A DNA stretch of 64,000 nucleotides from Octopus sinensis (Eukaryota), in contig NC_043004.1 of the NCBI RefSeq assembly GCF_006345805.1, positions 82,894,001 to 82,958,000 on the forward strand, in the 5' to 3' direction. The position numbers were made by a program, and so were the translations under genes. Under the pieces are notes generated by a model, which did no database searches, had not been told where the DNA came from, and worked only from the letters and a program-made list of their open reading frames with translations. Numbering within the stretch: position 1 is the stretch's first letter; each line of letters opens with the position of its first letter. Positions 38,826 through 52,080 of the stretch are shown here, piece after piece.

Positions 38826-38949
38826 AATATATATATATATATAAATGTGAGGTGTTGGAAGACCCAAAGATTGGCAGGTAATGCTATGTAAGTGCTAAGA
38901 ACAGAACGTAGTTAAATTCTTGGTTCGATAGTGATACGATTAAGGAGAC

Positions 38950-39450
38950 TAATGAGGGTTTTGTATTAGCATGCATGTATATATTACACTATATGAGATA
39001 ACAAGGCAAAGGCTGTGATAAGTTTTCAGGACATTTATAAGGAAAGATATATCGATATTGTCTTACAGCTGCTTTTGGGATATTATGGATATCTCCTCAT
39101 TAGAGACGATATGAGATGGTTAATTAGAGGTAAAAATTTGAGTTCGAAATAAGGAATTATTAGAGAAAAGGGAGGGAATATAGAGGGAAAAAAGAGCATG
39201 AAAGTAGAAATAAAATATCAAACATTGAATTTGCAGTTCCATTATTCGAGTAAAGTGGTGTATAGAAGTGGTAAAAAAGTTTCCTGTACATGGTGTCTAA
39301 GTTCCTGTAGTAGTTCATGTTTAGTCATTTCAAAGTATAGAGCCGTAGATTCTGTGTTGCACATTCGAAGGTGATTTGTGGTGTGAATGAAAATTTAAGG
39401 ATGTTTTGGTAGTATTTGTGGGTACAAGGAGGAGGAGAGATGTGTATGAT
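38950..39450 (-). mobile_element. Penelope-like 3' relic with degenerate hammerhead
   Basis: Minus strand atcgtct-ctaatga-stem-aaaagc-agct-gta-agacaat at 39110-39057; upstream GIY-YIG-like remnants are weak. Confidence 0.45.
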
Positions 39451-40532
39451 TAGAATGAGGAAGAGAAAATGGGAGGAAGAAAGGGAGAAACAAAGAAAAG
39501 TGAGAAAAGAAATAAATGAAAACTAAAAAGTGAACGAAAAGTGATGAATGAAAAAAATAAGTGAAGAAATGGTGAAAAAAGTGAGAAAAGGAGTGTTAGA
39601 TGGTGGTCAAGATAATGGGAGGTGAGGAAGGGAGGGGAGTAGAAGAGAGAGAGAGGCAATTATGCAGGTAAAATTGATAGATGAGTGTGCGGGGCCTTAA
39701 ATTGTTCTCGCAACCAAGATATCAGCTCGAGAAATGAGATTAGGGCTTTATTTAAGAGAATTGACGATATTGAAGAATAATTCTTAGAGATATCAAACTG
39801 AAAGAATTGAGAATTCTGCTTATAAGGAAAAGTGGAACAAAGTGATGACATCACCTGTAGAACTTCAAAGCGGTGGTTTAACTTTAGTCGTAAAACGGGT
39901 TAGAATTCGATCGATAATGCATTCACCAATTCGACTCAAGTGTGATTTACAACTTTCTATATTATTTTCCATGCGACTATATATATTAACAGTGATAGTC
40001 CCTTCCAGTTCTTCTTCACTAATACTAATTTGACCTCCCCAGAGGTAAATTCCAACCGCAGTGTAGATAGAAAAGCTTGCAATTTTCGGGCTTTTCAATT
40101 CTGTTTTCTTGGAAGTTTCTGCCTGCATAAAAATTTAGTACCGTGATATAGAACCACCCTGCTACCAAGGAAAGATCTATATCCGTGGCACTGTTGATTT
40201 CAAGCATCGCTACTCCACACATGTGAGTTCGTTCTCCAATCCAGACTCTAGATTATGTACCTACGTATCAGCTTATATACACAACCTCACAACTTAAATT
40301 ATGTTTAAGGGAATCGCAAAAAATACCACTCCAGTACAACCCCCCTTTAATTAATAAATTATCATATGCAATACTTTCTTGTTTACTCAATATTCACCCC
40401 TTTCATTAAGTCTACATAATATAAATATAAAGATCAGTCTAGCAACTAATACCACACTTCTTATTTCTATTCCTTCCCATTGCTACACACACTGACACAC
40501 AGACAGACAGACAGACAAACATCCAATGTTTT

Positions 40533-40577
<45 letters not shown>

Positions 40578-40732
40578 CATTATTTACATTTAACGGATAT
40601 TTGTCCTCAACTTGTTCCTTGTTAGCACAACGTTTCGGCTGATATACCCTCCAGCTTTCATAAGGGTTCTTGGGAGAATTTCGAATCTGGGTTCTCATTC
40701 CTAAGGTATTTTTCGATATTATTATTATTATC

Positions 40733-40763
<31 letters not shown>

Positions 40764-41089
40764 TAGTAGTAGTAGTAGTAGTAGTAGTAGTAGCCACAGT
40801 AGTAGTATCATCATTCGGGTCACTGCCTGGAATCGAACTCGGAATCTTGGGGTTAGTAGTCCCCTCTCTTAACCACTACACCGTGGGTAATTATGGAGTG
40901 AACGTTAGGGCTTATAAATCTAATATCTTCCAAGCCTTCCTTAATACCGGAGAATATTAGATTTAAAAGCCCTACAAATTCACTAACTGCATCAACTTGC
41001 AGTAAAACCAATAGTAATTTTCCTTCATACTTATTCTTAGTGCAATTTTTGTAGAGTGCAGTTTGATTTTAACAGTTTGTTTATCAAAT

Positions 41090-42099
41090 CACAAAGAAGA
41101 ATATTCTGCTTGTTGTGCTTTATGAGTTCAATAAAGGCAACAAGGCAACGGAGTATGCGAGATATATTAATGCAGTAGATGTGTGTCGGGCAATAAGCTT
41201 AAGCCAGTGTGAACGGTCGTTCCAGAAACTCCGAACAGGAAACAACAGACTTAAAGATGAGCCTCGTCCTAGATAATTTGTTGAGCTCGACAAATCCTGG
41301 TGGAACAAAATCCCATCACAACTATTTAGGAACTAGTAGAGATGCTTGAATTTATTCATTGAACCAATCATCGACACCTGCATGCCAGTGGAAAAGTCAT
41401 GAAATTGGGTCAATGGGTTCCTCACAAACTTTCCGTGTCTAGTCACGCACAGTGTGTGAATGTATGCTCACCTTTGCTGTCACCTCTCATGAATGAACCA
41501 TCTTTACACCGAATAGTGACTGATGACGAGAAATGGGTTCTCTATAAAAATGTGAAGCGCCAAAGACAGTGGTTAGGGAACGGGGAAACACCGGCACCCC
41601 AGGCTGAAGGTTTTCACGGAATTAAGGTGTTTTCTATTTGGTGGGCTATGAAAGATTTAGTCCACCTTGAACATTTAAACCCAGGCCAAACGATGAACAT
41701 GATAGCAAATGAGATCTACTTCAAGCAGCTTGAACGGCTTCAGTCACTGCTAGTAGAAAAACGACCATCTTGGGTTTGAAACTGGATCAGTTTAAATGGG
41801 TAACAATTCTCCACCCACCACATTCACCGGACATAGCCCCCATCTAATTATCATTTATTCAGCAGTTTTCAAAATTGGACAGAAAAAATATGAATTCAGT
41901 AGATGAGGCTAGAACAATACTAGAAGAGTATTTTTCGTCACCCACAAGTGAAATTTGGAAGCGGAGCCTTGCAATTCTACCAGATAGATGGAAGAAAATT
42001 TTGTAAAATCAAGAAGCGTAGAATAAAAAAGAACTTGGTTTATCTTTATTTTGAAAAAATAAAAGAAGTATAAAACAACCGTATTATTTATGGGATGAC

Positions 42100-42105
<6 letters not shown>
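41090..42105 (+). mobile_element. Degenerate mariner transposon
   Basis: KLGQWVPHKLS, HRIVTDDEKWVLYKN, HPPHSPDIAP; right TIR ttatttatgggatgacctaata followed by (TA)n; left TIR not found. Confidence 0.85.
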
Positions 42106-42165
<60 letters not shown>

Positions 42166-42444
42166 CCTATTATATACATTTTTATTATTATTTTTGCAAT
42201 TTACTTAATCTTTACATTTTATTGCTATTTTAATTTTAACTTTTCTATTATATATAATTTTCTAGATGGTGTAATTTAATTATTCATGTTGAATTGATAA
42301 AAGGGTTTTTTTTCTAATTTTTTCATATATACACATATATATATATATATATGCATCAATACCTATCATTTTATCTATCTATCTACCTATCTAGCCGTGT
42401 GCTTATTTATCTATGTATTTATCTATTTTTTTCTCTTTTGCTCT

Positions 42445-42860
42445 TTTGATGGTTTCAGTCATTTGACTGTGCCGCGTTTACGTCGAGCAAATCGACCCCA
42501 GAGCTTATTCTTTGTAAGTCCAGTACTTATTCTATCGGTCTCTTTTGCCGAACCTCTAAGCTACGGGGGTGTAAACACACCAGCATCGGTTGTCAAGCTT
42601 TGTTGGGTGGGTGGGTGTCAAACACAGACACACAAACATATACACACACACACACACATATTTATATATAGAGATAGATATATAGATATATATATACATA
42701 CATACATATATACGACGGCATTCTTTCAGTTTACGTCTACCAAATTCTCTCACAAGGCTTTGGTCGGACCGAGGCTATAGTAGAAGACATTTGACTAAGG
42801 TGCCACGCAGTGGTTGGTAAGCAAGGTACTTACCACACACCCACTCCCACGCCTATCTGT
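42445..42860 (+). mobile_element. SINE (OK-like)
   Basis: Homologous to 7590-8040. Confidence 0.78.
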
Positions 42861-43273
42861 ATGTTTACGCTGGTGTTATAACTTCGTATCCATAATAGAT
42901 AAAGATGTAGCTGTCTTGAGCATGTGTTTAATTGCATAATTATTCATTAATTAGCGATCCCGCTGATTATCTACAGATTCTGATTTAGCTTATTTGACAA
43001 TTAATAATGAAACTCGAGTTCGAGATTAACTTATTCTTTTTTTGTTCATTTTAGTGTTATAACAGCATACCTCATGAATTATTTTTCATGCTTTGGGTTT
43101 TAAATGCCCTTTCTAGCATGTAAGAACTCCTTTCAAGGGTCCTCTTTCTGTGTATCAAAATGTTATATACACCCTTATATTTTTTAGAATATAGTATGTC
43201 TTATGACTTTTATTTAAGCACGCTAACCACTGGCAATAAATTATTTTAATGTATTACACTCATGTTTATTACA

Positions 43274-43309
<36 letters not shown>

Positions 43310-43537
43310 AGCAACGAGACACAACAAGGTGGTAGATGAATGTTACTACTAGTTTAACCCCGGGCGGATTCTCCACCAGCTCGTTTCCGGTGCAAGAACC
43401 GCACTCTTTATGAAAACTACATCGCTAACAGGGGGAGCGACCACCTGCCACCCTCCAACATCTGACAGGAACGCCGGACCGGCAGGTTTCGAGCTACGTC
43501 TCTCTCTCTTTCACACACACATAAATATGTATATATT

Positions 43538-43583
<46 letters not shown>

Positions 43584-43604
43584 ATATTATATATATATAT
43601 ATAT

Positions 43605-43652
<48 letters not shown>

Positions 43653-43659
<7 letters not shown>

Positions 43660-44390
43660 ACAATGTAGTGAGAATGTTGGATGATTATATATAGGTTTAT
43701 TTACATTTTTAGCGCTTTCTTCCTTTATCGGGTTTATCGAAAAAGTGATTTATAGTAAGTTTGCTTGGCCTTTTTTTATTGAAGAATAAAAGTGATGAAG
43801 CTTTAGAAAGAGAGGGGGATGGAGGGAGATATGGGAACGAGAGTAACAAATTAGAAAGGAAATTGCAAGGGTGAGAGTAGGAGGAGGAGGAGAGAGTGGG
43901 TGGTAGTGAAGATAGAGAAGAGAAAAGGAAGTATGAGAGTTTTGATGGTTTGGAGCGGAAGAGAAAGGAAAGAAAAAAAGTTTGTGAGGGAGGAGAACAT
44001 GTGGTTTTGCATCACTATGGTCGAAAACAACATATTCTATCAAACTAGTTTAACCGCACTGATAGAACAGCCACGCATCCCCTTCCTCCCTGTCAAACTT
44101 TTTCTTCTTTCTTTCCCCTTTATCTGCAAATCACCAAAACACTCCTTTCTTCACTATCACCCACTCTTAACCCTGCTCCTTCTTTTCTAATTTGTTTCTC
44201 TCTTTCTCCGCCTCTATCTCTCTTTTTCTCAAGCATCATCACTTATAATTTTATACAAAAAGGCCAAGTAAACTTACTATAAACCACTTTTTTGATAACT
44301 CCGATACAGGAAGAAAGTTCTAAATATGTAAATAACAATATTTATAATCATCCAACATTCTGACTACCTTCTTATTCTCAATATACAATA
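43653..44390. repeat. Long imperfect inverted repeat (about 350-bp arms, short spacer)
   Basis: gaatgttggatgattata...tatagtaagttt.cttggcc...aacaaattagaaa recurs in reverse complement at 44190-44390; flanked by (GA)n on the left and (TC)n on the right. Confidence 0.85.
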
Positions 44391-44423
44391 TCTGTACATC
44401 ATTTCAATCTCTGTCTCTGTCTC

Positions 44424-44465
<42 letters not shown>

Positions 44466-44494
44466 CATATATATATAATATATTTACTAGCTGA

Positions 44495-45120
44495 CGTACC
44501 CGGAAATTTCCAGGAAAGCAGGGCGTTTCCTTTGCTTTTGTTCTCATAATTGTTTTGCTAATCCCATAACAACAATACAAATACTTGGCCCTTGAAACGG
44601 GTTTTAAGGGCTTTCCCAGAATATATAGAACTTAGGAGGAAATATTAATAAATTATGTATGCTAAAATCGTGAAGCATGTTATGTAATAACAGGCTAATC
44701 ACTTACAATTCAAAGTAAATAAATCTGAAAAGGGCTTTTGACCGTTCCCAGAGAATATTACCTTCAGGGGCGCTAGTGTTGGTATATTCGCGAATAAGTC
44801 ACTAACCAAAATAAGTGGATCTATTTCTTAGGAAATAAGCATACTCAATCTGATTTACACCACACGATTTAAGGAAATGAATAGGTTATTTCCCATGTCT
44901 GTTAAGATCTGCGTCAATGGGGTATTTTCTTTGGATGTTAAAATAAAATATATTAGATATATATAAAGATCTATTCCAAGAGCCCTATTCTCGATTATTT
45001 TAACAATCTGAGCATGTCATGTGGTTTCCAGGCATAAGTTCTAGTCACTTGTCAAGTTTCATCAACATCGATAAAACGATGCTGGTGGAGTTGGCTAACA
45101 ACTCTACAAACACACACACC
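44495..45120 (+). mobile_element. Helitron/HINE-like non-autonomous element
   Basis: Starts tactagctgacgtacccgg; ends near ...acaaacacacacacctacagtcagcattt. Confidence 0.4.
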
Positions 45121-45489
45121 TACAGTCAGCATTTCCCACATATGTAGTAGATACATTTAGATAAATATTTAGAAACATAGACAGATAGATTGTTGCATAG
45201 ATGTAAATCTATAATTAGAAATAGATGCAGTTGTGTGCATATATATTTATGCGTGTGTCGATGTAAGTATGAGTGTAGGTATAAATATGTGTAAGTATTG
45301 AAGTGTGTAAATTTACATATGTAAAATACGATTTGCGACGCTGTATCTTCTCTGTGCTATGGAGATGAAAGTATATATGAACATATAAAGACATAACGAA
45401 CCTATGTTGAAATCATCTCAAAGCGTTGTCTGAGATTCAAATATGTAATTTTAGTGATAATAAAAATTTAATTAAAACATAATTCTTAC

Positions 45490-46575
45490 GTGGAAATTTA
45501 GCTGTAGACCTTTATGTATTGCCGGCAGACAGTATACAATCGATATTATACCATAGATAAATTGTATCATGTATCCATTTTCTTTAACTAAGTTATTTGC
45601 TATTCCATATGCCATAAGACAGCAATTAAAAAATAAAAATATACATGTAACTGTATATGTACTTTGAGATATTCCATTGATAAATTTGAGCAAGTCACGC
45701 AGAATCCCATGTTGATTAATTATCTGATATAATATTTTCTGATAATTAGTACGTACAACAGATAATTCCGTATGTTCGGTGCGCATGTTTTGAAAGACTT
45801 TTTCAAGTTTCTCCGACAAATATTTAAACTCATCTGTTAAAATTGAAAGTGATACGTAGAAGAGTATGCTATTCGATGCTATCAGTATATAAGTGAATAC
45901 ACTTGTCATGCAGTTTAATGCCAGGATATATCCGTAAAATTCGCTCTTATTTGATACTGGAAATGCTAAAGCCTCTAGGAAATGAATCTTCTCCTTTAAC
46001 AAAATTGGTAAAAGACCTTGGGTGACAAAAGGTAGCAATACACTTAAACATATTTGAATTTTGATATAAAGCATTCCAAATTGTTTGTATTTAGCCATAT
46101 ATTCAGTATTTTGGTTCATCGGAATGTAACTACTGAATTCTTGTATTAACTTATTGAAAAGCTGCCTTTTCCAGATTATATTTATTGCATTCAAACCGGG
46201 AAAGAATTTGAGAGATAGAAGAAAACTTTTTATTAATAGAGGTCGAGTGTCTTCAGTTGAATAATTTGCCAAAATATACCAAGGTAAACGTACAATTTCA
46301 CTTGTAACAATAATGTAGAGCAAAAAATGGACACAGTACAAAATTCGTTTTTTCACTCCTGATGATTTCCAAGTTTTTATATTTATTTCAGAAGGTAATC
46401 TACACAGAATTGTAAACCATTGAATTTTCTCCAAGAATGAATTAAGAACAGTGTATTTTATAGCTTTTGGCTGATAGCCGTCGATATCTATCTCCACTGA
46501 CTGATATGTGTCGAAGACTGAATGAAGTGATTCCATGTTTGAAGAAAACTGTGGATAAAGATTTCTAAAAGTCAT
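45490..46575 (-). CDS. GR/OR-like receptor exon 5: N-terminus + TM1-TM6, 362 codons
   Basis: First real ATG at 46575 (MTFRNL...; the track start is GTG); intact; WKSSGVKKR, PMNQNTEYMAKY, DEFKYLSEKLE, HGILRDLLKFIN, GLQLNFH; CAC|GTAAGA donor at 45490/45489. Confidence 0.87.
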
Positions 46576-47079
46576 TACATAATTTATAAGCAAATAATGA
46601 ATATACCGCACAATCGTGGCGAAATCGAGGTTGGGATGCTGTGTCTCAAGGAGAGTTCATATATTACATCAGCGAACACTAGCTATAACATTTATAATCA
46701 ATTCATAATACGTTTTCACGCAATAAAGAAAAGCCACGCCCAGATGGAAAATATAATACGCGACTTAATCTGGAGTTTTTTATAATCAGTTCATTGGCTG
46801 ATGATCTATAATGTCATTCACCTTCTATTGATTTGGCTATAGGTTATACGAGCAGATAAAAGAAAGGGAAAATGCCAATCGCAGTAATATATTATCCATA
46901 TTTCCTGCAGCCTAATAATATAAATCTTTTAGGCACAAATACATAGGCATACAAATACACGGACTGACGGTCATATCTGACGATATCATTGCATCCAGAT
47001 CCTGAACATTTTATCGACTGCGGAATAATTATTGTGAAGAAATTAATACTAAAACCAAATCTTAGCTTAGAAATATTGT

Positions 47080-47480
47080 TTACTAGCAGTATAGCATAGC
47101 GTTGCTCGGGCTTGTTTTCTTTTCGACAATTTAGAATTGGAATTTTTGAAAAGCAATAACTTTGCATTATGTATCTTGTTATTCTCTATAAGTGGACATT
47201 TTTGTGGTTGAAATACACCGGAAAATGGCGACATAGCAGTAAAAAAATAGTATAAAATAGGGATTTTCATAGAAAAAAAGCACCTTTTTGATGTTAATAA
47301 TTTTTGATATTAACATCATTCGATTTGAATTCCTTCTTCAGTGGAAGGAAGAGCAAGCCTTCTTCTATCATAATCTCAATTTTGGTCAACTTGCGTCGCA
47401 GGGTCTTGGATAAGATAGTGTTAGTTGAAGGCTACCAAACCTGCCACACACAGACAAGATCAGCTTGATATATAGAGAGA
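47080..47480 (+). mobile_element. Helitron/HINE (DINE-1-like) element
   Basis: actagcagtatagcatagcgttgctcggg 5' end; ...cacacacagacaagatcagcttgatatatagagagat 3' end. Confidence 0.55.
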
Positions 47481-47815
47481 TCATAATTGTGAAAGTAGCA
47501 ATAAAGGTCACATTAATGTGGCGACGGACATGGTAGTTAGCTTCTTTATCTACATAGTGGATGCAGCAATAAATGTATCATTATTTGTGATGATGATAAT
47601 AATACTCTTTTCTATTAAAGGCACAAGACCTGGAATGTGACGGATGTAGTCAATTGCATCAATCTCAGTGTTCTACTAGAACATAATTGATAGACATCGA
47701 CATAATGAAAGTGAAAGTCATCTCCAGCGTAATTTGAAATCAGAAAATAAAGACGGACGAAATGCCGGCTTGTTAACCATTCTGCCAGTTCGTTACCTTA
47801 ATAATAATAATGATG

Positions 47816-47870
<55 letters not shown>

Positions 47871-47893
47871 TTATAATAATAATAATGATGATG

Positions 47894-48008
<115 letters not shown>

Positions 48009-48036
48009 AATGATGATGATGGTGATGATGATGATG

Positions 48037-48094
<58 letters not shown>

Positions 48095-48104
48095 TAATAT
48101 ATGT

Positions 48105-48635
48105 CCTGATGCAGTATCAAGCAGTGGCTCTCGTGGCTTCTGAACTTAACTGATTGGAAGTGTTATCATGTACATTTTTTTGTCTAGGTATACAAGATGG
48201 GCTACGGCAAATATTCTGCTCAAAACCAGAGATTTGCTTGTAAGTTGTTTGACTTTAACCAGTTGAGTATGTCCCATAGTGGCTGACGATATGTGCATCT
48301 CTGATCATAGGCAGACGTAGGGAGAGCAGCATAGCCCTCTGTTCAGAGGAGTACTTTGAGGTTTCATATTTATTCACCTCTGATAACACAGGTATTTTCC
48401 TTATCCTCCTTAGACAAAACTTATCCAGGAACCTTTTGAACGGGATGGGCCTCATTTTAACTGGGCTCTACCTGCGAGGTCATACGCCGTTCATCCCATG
48501 AGATCACTGTTTTGAGATGCATGTACCTGGTATACACATATGCTACACGTAGTCATGATGGTATATTGGGTTTCGTATACTTGTACACTAGTGTCACTCT
48601 GATGGCATGCGCTGCTCTCTCTCTCTCTCAATCAA
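48105..48635 (+). mobile_element. AAT-flanked ~560-bp element, diverged copy
   Basis: Homologous to 9247-9803; long (AAT)n/(GAT)n upstream and (AAT)n downstream. Confidence 0.75.
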
Positions 48636-48644
48636 TCAGTAATG

Positions 48645-48711
<67 letters not shown>

Positions 48712-49005
48712 TAACAACAATATTAATAATACCTGGAAAACTTGAAATGGCAGAAATTCATAAGATAGTGATCATGGCTATTGCCCATACCATACCTAAA
48801 ATACAGTCTATGTAATGTCAAATTTTACAACAAACTCATAATTTTCTAACGGTTTCTTAAGCATTCTCTAGAATAATACTATGTGCAAAACCATATATGT
48901 GACACCCTAAGCATTACACCAAATTGAACTTCTAACTTGTTATCTCTTGAGATCTCCGGGTTAGACTTAGAGCCAACTTCTACAAATACAAATCAAAAGT
49001 CAAAC

Positions 49006-49066
<61 letters not shown>

Positions 49067-49076
49067 TATAATAGTG

Positions 49077-49151
<75 letters not shown>

Positions 49152-49153
<2 letters not shown>

Positions 49154-52002
49154 CACCACCCAAAAAAACCCTGTGGATGAATAACATCGAAAGCAAAATA
49201 AAAAAAATTAGAAAAGACCTGTCGATTCTTAATGAAATCAGCAAACAATCAACGCTACTGAGCAACAAAACGAGAACAACAATATTCCGCAAATATAACA
49301 TCACAGAGAATGATTTGCCTGAAATAAAAGAAAAGCTAAAGCAAGATATCCTTGCCAAAGCACAAAGGATCCGCCGGTACAAGAAACGCCAACGCTTCTT
49401 TGAAGAAAACAAAAAGTTCAACTCCAACCCCAAAAAGTTCTACCAAGAACTGGGCAAAAATAAAATAGAAGTCACTGCAGCACCAACGGCAGAAGAATTG
49501 GAAGAATTCTGGAGAGAAATATGGTCGGCGAACGAACCACCAAAAAAAAGGAGTATCAAAATAACAAACTCGGCATCTGAACAAGTTTGGACCCCCATAA
49601 CAACTGAAGAGGTCACCCAGGCACTGCAAAGACTAAGCAACTGGAAGGCACCTGGGCATGACAAGATCCCCAACTTCTGGTTGAAATATCTAACAGGAAT
49701 GCACAAAAAGCTGGCTGAAAACTTTAACAACGTACTAGCAGAGCCAGAGACAATGCCTGAATGGCTCACGAAGGGGAAAACCATCTTAATTCCCAATTCA
49801 AATGAAACAGAGAAACCAGAAAACTACAGACCAATAACCTGCCTCCCTACTATGTTCAAGTCATTTACTGCAGTGATATCACAATGGCTGAACAAGCACC
49901 TGGACGAAAACAAACTGTTCCCAGAAGAGCAGAAAGGATGCCGCAAAGGCTCATATGGCTGTAAAGATCAACTAATTATTAATAAAGCCATAACTGAAGA
50001 CAGCCACAGAAAGAAGAAAAGCCTCAGTATGGCCTGGATTGACTACAAAAAGGCGTTTGATAGCATCCCCCACACATGGATCCTCGAAACACTAGCCATT
50101 AACAAAGTAGCACCAACAATCATAAAATTCATAGAGCACTCTATGAATAAATGGCAAACAGTCCTACCCCTCCAAACAAAAGAGGGACTCATGAAAACCA
50201 AAGACATCCCCATTAGAAGAGGAATATTCCAGGGAGACACGCTCTCACCAGTCCTTTTCTGCTTGACACTGTCACCTCTATCTGATATGCTAAATAGAAC
50301 TGGATGCGGATATAAATGTTACGGCAAACCGATCAGCCACCTTTTATATATGGATGACCTAAAACTATACGCTGCAAATGACAAACAGCTGGAAACACTA
50401 TTAAAGACAGTTCATGGATTTACCAAAGAAATAGATATGAAATTTGGATTAGAATAATGCGCCAAATTAACCAATGAAAGAGGAAAACTAGTTAAGAGTA
50501 ACAACATCACACTAGATAAAACCAATGAAATAAAAGAATTAGACCAAAGCCAAACTTACAAATACTTAGGAATCCATGAACTAGATAAGACACAACACAC
50601 ACAAATGAAAGAGAAAATAAAAAAAGAATATTATAGACGAGTTAGATCAATACTAAAAACAGAGCTCAATGCTAAAAACAAGATAATAGGTATCAACACT
50701 TTAGCTGTCCCAGTTATAAGTTACAGCTACAATATCCTTAAATGGACACTAAATGAACTGACGAAAATAGATAGGAAAACAAGAAAAATAATGACAGGAT
50801 CTAGGATGCATCACCCAAAATCTGACATAGAAAGACTATATATACAATGTATAGAAGGTGGTAGAGGCCTTATACAGCTGGAAAACTACTATAAAATAAC
50901 CACCATAGGACTGCAAAAATATCTACTTCAGAAGGAAGGAAAACTGATCCAGATAGCGGCAAAACACGAGCAAAACAAAAAACTGTTCTCAGTATTTAAG
51001 GAAGCTGACAAATACAAACAAGAAATCATACCACCTAATAAACATGAAGAAGAAGAAGAAGAGGAAGAAACAACAAATGCTATAAAACAAATGAAATCCA
51101 AACTAAAAATAAAACAGCAACGAACCATGATAAAACGATGGCAAGAAAAGCCCCTTCATGGTAAATACTGGACTAAACTAAACGCAAAAGAAATAGACAA
51201 AGAAAAATCCCAGCAATGGTTGAGAAGGTCAGGACTCAAAGCAGAAACAGAGGGATTTTTAATTGCAGCACAAGACCAAAGCCTCCCCACAAGAAATTAC
51301 CAAAAACATGTAATGAAAAGAAATATTACAAGTAACTGCAGAATATGTTGAGATGGACAAGAAACAATAAATCATATTATCTCTAACTGCCCAGTCCTGG
51401 CTAAGAAGGAATACATTCACAGACATGACAGAGTTGGAACCTACATACACTGGAAGCTATGCCAACATTATGGAATAACAACAGAAAAAAGATGGTATAG
51501 GCACACATCAGAAAATGTCACAGAAAACGAGAAAGCAACCATACTCTGGGATATGCCGATACACACAGATAGAGAAATTAAGGCCAACAGACCAGATATA
51601 GTTGTCAGAGACCATGAAGGAAAAAATGCTTTTTAATTGATATATCAACACCGGCTGATGACAACGTGTCTCTAAAAGAAATGGAGAAACTCTCAAAATA
51701 CAAAGACCTGGAAATAGAGGTAACTAGAATGTGGAATCTGAAAACAGAAACAATTCCCATCATAGTAGGTGCATTAGGCATGATAAAAAAATATTCAGAC
51801 AAATACATAACAAAAACACCAGGACTTACAAACACATATAACATACAAAAAATTGCACTACTAGGCACTGCACACATCCTACGCAGAACACTTTCCCTAC
51901 AATAACCATCAGAGCATCACAACAAATCACAGCACATACCCAAGGCACACAGAGCTGCGCTCGGTAGTGAAGTGAAAGCACGCTATAACAATAGAACTAC
52001 TG
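49152..52002 (+). mobile_element. R4/Dong-type RLE LINE, subfamily A, 5'-truncated, lightly mutated
   Basis: RT (APGHDKIPNFW, YRPITCL, DYKKAFDS, GIFQGD, YMDD), CRIC...HIISNC knuckle, RPDIVV RLE; stops at 50455-50457 and 51349-51351 plus frameshifts; (AAT)n at both ends. Confidence 0.93.
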
Positions 52003-52012
52003 AATGATAATC

Positions 52013-52057
<45 letters not shown>

Positions 52058-52080
52058 TAATAATAATAATAATAATAATA

